DNA of 37,592 bases from Acidobacteriota bacterium. Its GTDB lineage: Bacteria > Acidobacteriota > Terriglobia > Bryobacterales > JACQDG01. The stretch is from NCBI GenBank assembly GCA_016201195.1, contig JACQDI010000021.1, positions 1 through 37,592 of the forward strand, in the 5' to 3' direction. Positions 9,861 through 17,566 of the stretch are shown here, piece by piece. The translations under genes and the position numbers were made by a program. The notes under the pieces were generated by a model that worked only from the letters and a program-made list of their open reading frames with translations, did not search any database and was not told where the DNA came from. Each line of letters opens with the position of its first letter. The stretch's first letter is position 1.

Positions 9861-10769
9861 ATGAAGCGTCTGAAGCGTCTGGCGCAACGCGCGTTGCCGT
9901 GGTGGCTGGGCGTGGTGTGTCTGTGCCCTGTGCCAGCGGCCGAGAACTGGGGTGTCGTGGGGCTGAATGTCAAAGAACTCGGCAGGCCGGAGACCGGATG
10001 GTGGCCTTCGAATCTGGAATACCACTCCTATTCTTACGAAAAAGGCGACGTAAAGATGTCCGGGGTGGTCGTCAAGCCTCAAGGAAAGGGCCCTTTTCCG
10101 GGGGTTGTCTTCAACCACGGCGGCGGCTCGACCGCAATGGCCGAGGGCATCGAGTACGGCGTTCAATTTGCGCTAGGCGGGTACGTTTCGATCACCTGCG
10201 ACGGCACACAATCCCGGCTGGAACGCATGGGCGAGTGGAGGAGGAAAGGGCAGCCGGACAGGACTGGACTGCACCCCCCAGCCAGCATTTGGGACAACGA
10301 TGAGAACCGCAAGAGGGCTCTGGCCAACATAGAGATTCTGCACAACCTTACCTTTGTCGATCCGGCCAAGATCGCCATGGCCGGCCTCAGCATGGGCGGG
10401 TACCTCACCATCGAGATGATCCAGATGACCGACCGGATCCGGGTCGCCGCCGTCATGGCCGCGGGCAGCCGGGCGGCGGACCGATTCCCCGGCCCCAGCG
10501 GGAGTTTCGAGAACATCCGGGCGCCGCTGCTGCTGGTCGCCGGGGAGGTGGATCCGGTGGTTCCTCTATCCGCCATCCTGGAGCTGAAGCGCACGCTCGA
10601 CAAACACGGCAAGAAATCGAAACTGCTCGTGTTTCCGGGCGAGTCGCACAACGTAATTCAGACCCGAATCAACACGGTCTTTGAGCACGTGCTGGAGTGG
10701 TTCGATCGGCACTTCGGCCGTCCAGGCCGACCCAACCGGTCCTTACTGCCTCCGACGGTGCAATACTGA
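9861..10769 (+). CDS. Dienelactone-hydrolase/S9-like alpha/beta hydrolase, secreted
   Basis: Signal peptide MKRLKRLAQRALPWWLGVVCLCPVPAAE. A catalytic triad is recognisable: GLSMGG (Ser), GEVDPVVP (Asp) and GESHNV (His). Confidence 0.85.
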   Translation: MKRLKRLAQRALPWWLGVVCLCPVPAAENWGVVGLNVKELGRPETGWWPSNLEYHSYSYEKGDVKMSGVVVKPQGKGPFPGVVFNHGGGSTAMAEGIEYGVQFALGGYVSITCDGTQSRLERMGEWRRKGQPDRTGLHPPASIWDNDENRKRALANIEILHNLTFVDPAKIAMAGLSMGGYLTIEMIQMTDRIRVAAVMAAGSRAADRFPGPSGSFENIRAPLLLVAGEVDPVVPLSAILELKRTLDKHGKKSKLLVFPGESHNVIQTRINTVFEHVLEWFDRHFGRPGRPNRSLLPPTVQY

Positions 10770-11596
10770 CCCTGCTGGGCCGCACGTAAACCGGCGATTA
10801 GTGGTCTGCGCCTGCGGTGAGATTTGCGGGCGGAGGCGAGACAGAGGATTATCTCTCCGCCACATGACTGTCCGATGAACTCCAAGGTCGCTTCCGGCGC
10901 CCGGCGATATCTTTCGCCGCCCGGGCGATTTGTGAAGCCGTGGTCTTCGCCCTCGAACAGCTCCAGCCGCGCCTCCTTGCCGGGCTGTTGGAACGTATCA
11001 CCCCTTTGGGCGATGGTTTCGGCGTCGTGCAGCGCGCCAGCCAGGATGGATACCACGCCGAACAGCTCCCGGTGCTTGAGTCCGATCTTGGCCGCTCCCG
11101 CCCCGCCCATGGAAAAGCCTTCAATCATCCGGCCCTCGCGCCGGGGAATGGTGCGGTACGTCTGGTCGATGTGCGGGATCAGGCCCTGAATGATGACACT
11201 CTGCACCGGCGTTTTGCCGTCGGCGGAATCGACGTAGCTGCTGTAGGGCAATCCGTTGACGCCGACCAGAATCATGGCCGGCGCCTTGCCCTCCCGAATC
11301 GCTTGGTCCAGCCGCCCGGCGACCCAGCCGCTGCCACGTTGATTCCCGCCCCGCCCATGCAGCCAGTAGAGCACCGGGAACCGCTGATCCGTGTGCTTCT
11401 CGTGTGCGGGCGGAAGATAGATCAGATAGCTGACCTCGGCATTGATGGTTTTGCTCCTGAAAGTGCGGTATTTCATGCCGGCGGGTTCGCTGGTGTCCGG
11501 GTCGGCCCAATGGCTGGGCCTGGGTGCGCTGCCACGTTGTTGGGCCGTCACCAGGGACGCGCACGCGGAGAACAACAACCGTAGCGCGCCGCGCAC
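10658..11596 (-). CDS. Putative esterase (PF00756-like alpha/beta hydrolase); both ends uncertain
   Basis: VSYLIYLPPAHEK...FPVLYWLHGRGG...IEGFSMGGAGAA...GEDHGF. A probable GTG start at 11596 gives the signal peptide (M)RGALRLLFSACASLVTAQQ. The open frame runs 112 nt into the 3' end of the convergent gene, and the Ser-to-His distance is unusually short. Confidence 0.6.
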   Translation of the reverse strand: MRGALRLLFSACASLVTAQQRGSAPRPSHWADPDTSEPAGMKYRTFRSKTINAEVSYLIYLPPAHEKHTDQRFPVLYWLHGRGGNQRGSGWVAGRLDQAIREGKAPAMILVGVNGLPYSSYVDSADGKTPVQSVIIQGLIPHIDQTYRTIPRREGRMIEGFSMGGAGAAKIGLKHRELFGVVSILAGALHDAETIAQRGDTFQQPGKEARLELFEGEDHGFTNRPGGERYRRAPEATLEFIGQSCGGEIILCLASARKSHRRRRPLIAGLRAAQQGQYCTVGGSKDRLGRPGRPKCRSNHSSTCSKTVLIRV

Positions 11597-11634
11597 ACGT
11601 GAGATTTCGCCCCAGCCGTACCTCCGTCTATGCG

Positions 11635-11886
11635 TCACTGTCCCCCTCCCTTCCACTGCCAGTCGGTGTCGAAATGGCCTGCCTGGGAGATTTTCCCGCC
11701 ACGAACGACCACGTAATCCGGCGGCAGGTTCACCGGCAGGATGAAGCCTGCACTGAGGCCGTTGTCCGGCAGGCTGAGCAGCCGGCCCGTCCAAACCACG
11801 ACATAGCGGTCCGGGTTTCCGGGATTGGGATGGATAAAGACTCGGTCCCGGTACCGGTTGTACATCACGTGGCGGTCGTTCTCCAC
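11635..11886 (-). CDS. Hypothetical small ORF (possibly a gene fragment)
   Basis: 83-aa ORF with a GTG start and no recognisable family. It is wedged between the receptor remnant and the esterase. The frame stays open upstream of the listed start. Confidence 0.2.
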   Translation of the reverse strand: MENDRHVMYNRYRDRVFIHPNPGNPDRYVVVWTGRLLSLPDNGLSAGFILPVNLPPDYVVVRGGKISQAGHFDTDWQWKGGGQ

Positions 11887-11894
11887 CCCCGGCG

Positions 11895-12409
11895 TCAGAA
11901 CCCGTACTTGAGGCCGAACTGGATCACCCTGGCCTGGCCGGCGCTCAGAATCCTGCCAAAATTCGCGCTGTTCAAGGTGCTGTTCGGATTGTTCAGGTTG
12001 ACCTGGTTGAAGAAGTTGAAGAACTCGGAACGGAACTGGAGACGGCGGCGCTCCCGCAGCCGGAGTGTCTTGAAAAACGAAACCGTCCAGCTCATCGAGC
12101 CCGGGCCGTAAAGGAGATTGCGGCCGGCGTTACCGGCGAAGCCGTCGGGCGCCGCCACAAACACGGCCGTGTTGAAGTACCCCGCGATCCGCTCGTCCCT
12201 GGGCCTGTCCTCCGAAAGACGGGGATTGCCGGTGAGGTTCGGGCGGTCATTGCTGCTGCCGTCCAGGTTCGTATCGCGGCCCGAGACGATGTTGAACGGG
12301 CTGCCGCTGTCGAACCGGGTGATTCCATTGAGCTGCCAGCCGCTTAGCACGTGCCGCCCGATCCGGCCCCAACGACGGATCTCGGGGATCTCCCACACCT
12401 CTTCTGAGC
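11895..12409 (-). pseudogene. C-terminal ~170-aa remnant of a TonB-dependent receptor
   Basis: WEIPEIRRWGRIGRHVLSGWQLNGITRFDSGSPFN...LQFRSEFFNFFNQVNLNNPN...RVIQFGLKYGF aligns with the last ~170 aa of receptor 1..2319. Homology begins within a few nt of the MarR stop codon (12410-12412). Plug, N-terminal domain and promoter are all absent. Confidence 0.75.
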
Positions 12410-12922
12410 CTACCTGAAGTTCTGCTCTTTGCTCTTTCCTGAACCTTCTTCTGGCCGACCCGTGCTTCTGGAATTCGTCATAACCTCGGCGACGCGCTCC
12501 AACGTGCCCAATACCGTCACTCGCACCGCCCGCGGGAAACATTCCTCCAGCTTCTGCCGGAGGTCCTCGCAGCTTTCGACCAGCAACCCAAGCAGCCGGC
12601 GCCCGGCAGCCGTCAGGTAAACGCGGCGCGACCGGCCATCCTGAGCGTGAATCTTCCGCCGGATGAGGTTCCGCTTCTCCAGCAGGGCGACCATGGCGGC
12701 AATCGTATTAGGGTCGGAAAACATCCGGCGCGCCAGTTCCTTCTGCGTGATGCCTCCCTGCTGGTTCAGCACCTTCAACAGGACGAACTGATCTGCGGTA
12801 GCGTCGAGTGGGGCAAAACGAAACTCAACTGTGCGGTGCATCGTCAGATAGGCGCCGCGAAGCCTCATAGCCGTAGACCAGGGAAACGCGCGGGGGTCCT
12901 TGCGAATCGATCTCTTCACCAT
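12410..12922 (-). CDS. MarR-family transcriptional regulator
   Basis: Winged-helix core: DQFVLLKVLNQQGGITQKELARRMFSDPNTIAAMVALLEKRNLIRRKIHAQDGRSRRVYLTAAGRRLL. I prefer the ATG at 12922 over the listed TTG at 12940. Confidence 0.85.
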   Translation of the reverse strand: MVKRSIRKDPRAFPWSTAMRLRGAYLTMHRTVEFRFAPLDATADQFVLLKVLNQQGGITQKELARRMFSDPNTIAAMVALLEKRNLIRRKIHAQDGRSRRVYLTAAGRRLLGLLVESCEDLRQKLEECFPRAVRVTVLGTLERVAEVMTNSRSTGRPEEGSGKSKEQNFR

Positions 12923-13226
12923 ACCCACAAGTCTATCCAATCCACCCAGTTTTCGTCACCTACCGAATGTTCACGGTAACGGTATTTACCCTGCCAGGCA
13001 TCGACTGTCAGGACGACGCCGGCTTCGCTACATGCAATCAGGCTGCCGGGCAGGCGGAGATTGGCCAGGACGAGGCCGGCCAGTTCGCGCTCAGGGCCTG
13101 GGCACAGCAACGCGCAATCCAAACGTTCACTGGGGCCCGGGGCCGTGAACGGTCCCGTAGGTCCTGTTGGATCTGCCCCGGCGCCAAAGGCCTGTGAATG
13201 CCTGTCATGCCTGTCAATGATTCGTA

Positions 13227-13278
13227 TTGACAGCTCGGCGGGAAAGGTCTACACTTCTTACGTCGGTACGTGTACGTA
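13227..13278 (+). promoter_or_regulatory. Promoter/operator module C (orphan; no gene downstream on this strand)
   Basis: TTGACA (13227-13232), N17, TACACT (13250-13255), 11 nt, then TACGTGTACGTA (13267-13278). Extra half-sites flank it: TACGT at 13259-13263 and TTACG at 13281-13285. The -35 is the right arm of the inverted repeat TGTCAAT-N7-ATTGACA (13212-13232). Confidence 0.55.
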
Positions 13279-13532
13279 CCTTACGGGCGGCGAAGCTGGC
13301 CGAAAAGGGGCCGCTGGTCACCCGGCTGCACCGCCCGGGAGGCAGGGTCGGCGGCGAAGGACCCGCGGCGGCTTCAGCCTGGGATGACGTTTTTCGTTCT
13401 GATCTGAGCGCCACGACGGCTCGATGAGGAAGCATGACGGAGGGTCAGCACGCAGTCGAACTCGCCGCGGGTGATTCCGTTCGGCTTGAAGTACGTCTTC
13501 TGACGCCACAATCGGAGTCACCAGTTAGCATG

Positions 13533-14210
13533 CTAGCGAGCTGGCGCCAACACCTTGACGGCGATGTTGCGGAAGCGGTGGTAGCCGTTCCATCGCTTTT
13601 CCATATGCACCTGCAGGGCGATCATCCCGTCCTCGGCGCCATCGGCCGTGCGGTTCGCCGTATCCTTCCAGTCGGTAATCTTGAGGCCGTTCAGCCACAC
13701 CGTGATGTGCGGCGGGCTGCCCTCGATCCGGGCGCGCAGCGTATTCCAGTCCTCCTTCCGCCAGACCTTTTCCCATCCCTCCGCTCGATGCAAGGGGATC
13801 CCCGGCCTGTCCAGGCCGTTGAGCTTTTCTCCAAAGATCCCGCCGATGTTACCACGTTCGAGGTAGTCGATCAGGACTTGGTAGGCCTGGCCCCTCTCGT
13901 TGGAGCGGAGAAACAGGCCGCCGTCACAGCCCCAATCCGGCTTGATTTCCAGGTAAACCTCGACGTCCTTATACCTTGTATCGGTCAGCAGGATGCCGCC
14001 GTTGCCCGGCCGGTCCTGGCTGGCGAACAGCACGCTGTCTTCGACACGCCACGCCTGCGTGTTCCCGTGATGGTTCGTTTGACTGATATGCCACCCGGAA
14101 AGGTCTTTCCCGTTGAAGATCGGTGTAAAGCCGGGGGGGATCTGGCCGGTCTGCCCGAACAGGGGCAGGGCCAGCAAACACGCAACAGCGAGATTCGGGC
14201 AGATGCGCAT
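13533..14210 (-). CDS. DUF1080 (3-keto-disaccharide-hydrolase-like) domain protein, secreted
   Basis: MRICPNLAVACLLALPLFGQ signal peptide, then FNGKDLSGWH...WRVEDSVL...ALQVH...FRNIAVKVL, the typical DUF1080 jelly-roll pattern. I prefer the ATG at 14210 (GGGAG 6 nt upstream) over the listed start at 14255. Confidence 0.85.
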   Translation of the reverse strand: MRICPNLAVACLLALPLFGQTGQIPPGFTPIFNGKDLSGWHISQTNHHGNTQAWRVEDSVLFASQDRPGNGGILLTDTRYKDVEVYLEIKPDWGCDGGLFLRSNERGQAYQVLIDYLERGNIGGIFGEKLNGLDRPGIPLHRAEGWEKVWRKEDWNTLRARIEGSPPHITVWLNGLKITDWKDTANRTADGAEDGMIALQVHMEKRWNGYHRFRNIAVKVLAPAR

Positions 14211-14225
14211 ATCGGGCTCCCATGG

Positions 14226-14245
14226 TTCCTTTGGTTTCCTTTGGT
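14226..14245. repeat. Perfect 10-nt tandem duplication TTCCTTTGGT x2
   Basis: Copies at 14226-14235 and 14236-14245, in the divergent DUF1080 / oxidoreductase intergenic region. Confidence 0.8.
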
Positions 14246-14319
14246 TGCCCAGCATAGCAGGTCGCCAGCGTCTGTGCTAGAATTCCGCCGAGAATCCGGA
14301 CCAACCAGGGAGGTGATTT

Positions 14320-15489
14320 GTGAGTGATCTGCGCACCGACAGAAGAGGGTTTCTGCTGGGCATGGCGGCGCCCTTGTTCGTCCCCAGCGCCGCGCGGGGG
14401 GCGAACGACCGAATTGTCTTTGGCCTGATCGGCTCAGGGCTTCGCGGGCCGTTTGTTTCGGAAGCTTTCATCGAGCTCGGCGCCAAGCTGGCCGCGATCT
14501 GCGACGTTTACGAGCTCCACGCCGCCAAGAAGATCAGCGCCGATGCCGCGGTCTATACCGATTACCGCCGCCTGCTGGAGCGCAAGGACATCGACGCCGT
14601 CCTCATCGCCACTCCCGATCACCACCATGCCCCGATGTTGAAGGCCGCGCTGGCCGCCGGCAAGGACGTTTATCTGGAAAAACCCATGTCCCACTCGATT
14701 ACCGAAGGCGTCGAGATGATCCGGGCGGCCCGCGCAACCAAGCAGATCGTCCAAATCGGCATGCAGCGGCGCAGCGCGCCATGGCTGATCGAGGCCAAGA
14801 AGCTGGTGGATGAAGGCCTTCTGGGCAAGGTTCACCTGGCGCGGGCGCAGTGGAAGGCAAATAATGCCAGGGCTCTGGATAACTCGCCCCTCCCCGGCAA
14901 GCTGGATTGGGACCAATTCCTCGGCCCGGCGCCCAAGCGTCCCTTCGAGCCGATGCGCTTCCGCCGCTGGCGCAACTTCTGGGATTACTCCGGGGGCAAC
15001 ATGACCGACCAGGGCACGCACGTCATGGACGTCGTTCAGTGGTTCACCAACTGCGGCGCCCCCCGATCCGCGGTCTGCCATGGCGGTATCTACGAGACGC
15101 CAGGATCGGAGGTTCCGGACTGCTTCACCGCCGTGTTTGAATACCCCGACATGATGGCCACCTGGACGCTGAACTACACCAATTCTTACGAGAACAATTG
15201 GAGCGTGCGCCTGGAAGGCCGCAAAGCCACGATGATTCTCGACACCACCGGCTACCGCGTCTACCAGGAGCCAGCCGCCAAAAATCCGGAACCCAGCCAC
15301 CGGGTGACCGCCAGATTGCAGAACGAGCCGCATGTGCAGAATTTCCTGGACTGCATCCGTTCGCGCCAGCAGCCCAACGCGCCGGTCGAGGTCGGCCACG
15401 GCGCCGTCTGCGGCCCGCACCTGGCCAACATTGCGTTCCTCACGAAACGCCAGGCCTTTCTGAACCCGCAGGCCACCGAGGTCTACTGA
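14320..15489 (+). CDS. Gfo/Idh/MocA-family oxidoreductase with Tat signal
   Basis: GTG start preceded by GGAGG. Tat motif DRRGFLLGMAAPLFVPSAARGA. Rossmann motif IVFGLIGSGLRG. EKP motif (YLEKPMS). Confidence 0.9.
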   Translation: MSDLRTDRRGFLLGMAAPLFVPSAARGANDRIVFGLIGSGLRGPFVSEAFIELGAKLAAICDVYELHAAKKISADAAVYTDYRRLLERKDIDAVLIATPDHHHAPMLKAALAAGKDVYLEKPMSHSITEGVEMIRAARATKQIVQIGMQRRSAPWLIEAKKLVDEGLLGKVHLARAQWKANNARALDNSPLPGKLDWDQFLGPAPKRPFEPMRFRRWRNFWDYSGGNMTDQGTHVMDVVQWFTNCGAPRSAVCHGGIYETPGSEVPDCFTAVFEYPDMMATWTLNYTNSYENNWSVRLEGRKATMILDTTGYRVYQEPAAKNPEPSHRVTARLQNEPHVQNFLDCIRSRQQPNAPVEVGHGAVCGPHLANIAFLTKRQAFLNPQATEVY

Positions 15490-15541
15490 GCAGAGGCCCG
15501 GCGACCGGGCACGCGGAGAATATCATTGGAGGAGAGCATCG

Positions 15542-17566
15542 ATGAGCCGTCGTCTTGCCACGTTGTTTGCTGTGACAGCAGCCCTATTAGCGGCTCCTCC
15601 CGTCAAACTCAGTTCGCCTAATGGACGCATCGTGGTTACGATCGGATTGAACGAGGAGTTGGCGCCATACTACAACATTTCCTACCGCGGAGCCCCTGTG
15701 GTGCTTGACTCCACCTTGGGGTTCGAGTTGGAACGTATGCCCGCTCTGAGCCGTGGATGGGAGTGGCAGGCGGAGGAGCGCCGCAGCAGGGATGAGACCT
15801 ACACCATGGTCTATGGGACCCGGGACAAGATCCGAGACCACTACCATGAGTGCACCGTCTCGGTGGTTGAAAAGTCGGCGCCCCGGCGAAAAATGAGGCT
15901 CGTTTTCCGCGCTTACGATGAGGGTGTCGCGTTTCGGTATGAGTTGCCCCGGCAGGAAGAGCTCCGCGAGTTCAGCATCGCCCAGGAGAACACCCGCTTC
16001 CGGTTCGCCGCCAACCATCCCGCGTATGCCATGAATCTCGGCAAGTTCACCAGCCCTCATGAGTCGGAGTTCAAGCGGATCACGCTGGCCGACATCCGGC
16101 CGGGTTCGGTCTGCGGAATGCCGGCGTTGATCGAGATTCCCGAACGGACCTGGGTTGCGCTGACCGAGGCCAATCTCGCCAACTACGCGGGCATGTACCT
16201 GACGGGCGTAGAGGGAGCGCCGCACACACTGGCCTCGAGCCTTTCGCCGCTGCCCGACCCGGACCCTCTGCCGGCCGAGCCCGGCAGCAGGCGGCGCACC
16301 ATCGAGCCGAATCCATCCAATCCCAAGGTCCGAGCGTCGACCCCACTGCTCACTCCCTGGCGTGTTGTGATGATCGGCGCAACCCCAGGCGAGCTGATCG
16401 AAAACAACTACCTAGTTTTGAATCTGAATGAGCCGTGCGCTATCCGCGATCCGTCGTGGATCAAGCCCGGGCGGGCGGCGTGGAATTGGTGGTCGGGAAG
16501 CATCGTCAAGGATGCGGGCTTCGAAGGCGGCATGAACACCGCGACGATGAAGTACTACATCGATTTCGCCGCCGATCACAACCTGGAGTACATGTTGATT
16601 GACGCCCGTTGGTCGCCGGTCGACGACATCACGCGGAGCGTTCCTGAAATCAACATCCCGGAGATTGTGGCGCATGCGAGCCGGCGCGGCGTGCGGGTTC
16701 TTCTGTGGGCGCATTGGTCCGCGGTAGACAGACAGATGGACGTAGCCTTTCCGCTCTATCGGAAGTGGGGAATTGCCGGGGTAAAGGTCGACTCGATGAA
16801 CCGCGACGACCAACAGATGGTGGACTTCTGCCAGCGCGTGGTGCGCCGGGCGGCCGAGAACCGCCTGTTGGTCAATTTTCACGGCACTTATAAGCCCGAT
16901 GGGATCCAACGCACCTGGCCCAATCTGGTTACACGAGAGGCCGTGCTGGGGCTGGAATACGACAAGTTCAGCGACCGCGCCACCCCCGAGCACGACGCGA
17001 CCATTCCGTTCACACGCATGCTGGCGGGGCCGATGGACTACACGCCCGGCGCTTTCCGCACGGTTTTCAAGAAAGACTTCAAGGCGACGCGAACCGAGCC
17101 GGTTGCCCTGGGCACACGTTGCCACCAACTGGCGCTGCTCGTGGTGTTGGAAAGCCCGTTGCTCGTGCTGGCGGACCATCCCGCCGCTTATCGTGGCCAG
17201 CCGGGGATCGAGTTTGTCAAGCAGGTGCCCACTACCTGGAACGAGACGCGGGTGATCCAGGGGCAAGTGGCCGACTACATCACGATCGCGCGCCGGCACG
17301 GCCGCGACTGGTATGTCGGCACCTTGACCGATTGGGACCCGCGGGAGCTGAAGATTCCGCTGAGCTTTCTTGGCGAGGGAAAGTACATGGCTGAGATTTA
17401 CTCCGATGCCCCGCCGGCTGACCGGTTGCCAACGCATGTCTCGATCGAGAAGAAGATTGTCACGGCCGCGGACACGATCCTCGCTCGGATGGGGCCCGGA
17501 GGAGGTCACGTGATGCGGCTGGCGCCCGCCCCGGACGGAGTGGCTCGCAGGAGGCAGAGTAGATGA
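15542..17566 (+). CDS. Glycoside hydrolase family 97 (alpha-glucosidase/alpha-galactosidase type)
   Basis: GH97-type N-terminal domain (SPNGRIVVTIGLNEELAPYYNISYRGAPVVLDSTLGFEL) and catalytic core (YMLIDARW..., YRKWGIAGVKVDSMNRDDQQMVDF..., NFHGTYKPDGIQRTWPNLVTREAVLGLEY). Confidence 0.9.
   Translation: MSRRLATLFAVTAALLAAPPVKLSSPNGRIVVTIGLNEELAPYYNISYRGAPVVLDSTLGFELERMPALSRGWEWQAEERRSRDETYTMVYGTRDKIRDHYHECTVSVVEKSAPRRKMRLVFRAYDEGVAFRYELPRQEELREFSIAQENTRFRFAANHPAYAMNLGKFTSPHESEFKRITLADIRPGSVCGMPALIEIPERTWVALTEANLANYAGMYLTGVEGAPHTLASSLSPLPDPDPLPAEPGSRRRTIEPNPSNPKVRASTPLLTPWRVVMIGATPGELIENNYLVLNLNEPCAIRDPSWIKPGRAAWNWWSGSIVKDAGFEGGMNTATMKYYIDFAADHNLEYMLIDARWSPVDDITRSVPEINIPEIVAHASRRGVRVLLWAHWSAVDRQMDVAFPLYRKWGIAGVKVDSMNRDDQQMVDFCQRVVRRAAENRLLVNFHGTYKPDGIQRTWPNLVTREAVLGLEYDKFSDRATPEHDATIPFTRMLAGPMDYTPGAFRTVFKKDFKATRTEPVALGTRCHQLALLVVLESPLLVLADHPAAYRGQPGIEFVKQVPTTWNETRVIQGQVADYITIARRHGRDWYVGTLTDWDPRELKIPLSFLGEGKYMAEIYSDAPPADRLPTHVSIEKKIVTAADTILARMGPGGGHVMRLAPAPDGVARRRQSR

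Noticed and set aside
9863-9880. 9-nt tandem duplication GAAGCGTCT x2 at the start of the hydrolase gene (MKRLKRL)
   Set aside because: It is in frame, lies within the n-region of a signal peptide, and has no evident consequence.
12955-12991. Short inverted repeats (TACCG-N8-CGGTA; GGTAA-N6-TTACC) upstream of the MarR gene, considered as an autoregulatory operator
   Set aside because: The arms are only 5 bp and no clear promoter could be placed around them. They are plausible but unsupported.
12916-13122. 68-aa ORF (ELAGLVLANLRLPGSLIACSEAGVVLTVD...) that vaguely recalls the C-terminus of a PIN/VapC toxin
   Set aside because: The resemblance covers about 20 residues. No acidic catalytic residues or upstream antitoxin could be traced in any frame. 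This is not enough to call.
13434-13532. Minus-strand stretch WRQKTYFKPNGITRGEFDCVLTLRH, which looks protein-like and could be a gene fragment
   Set aside because: It is short, flanked by stops, and I cannot assign a family without a database search.
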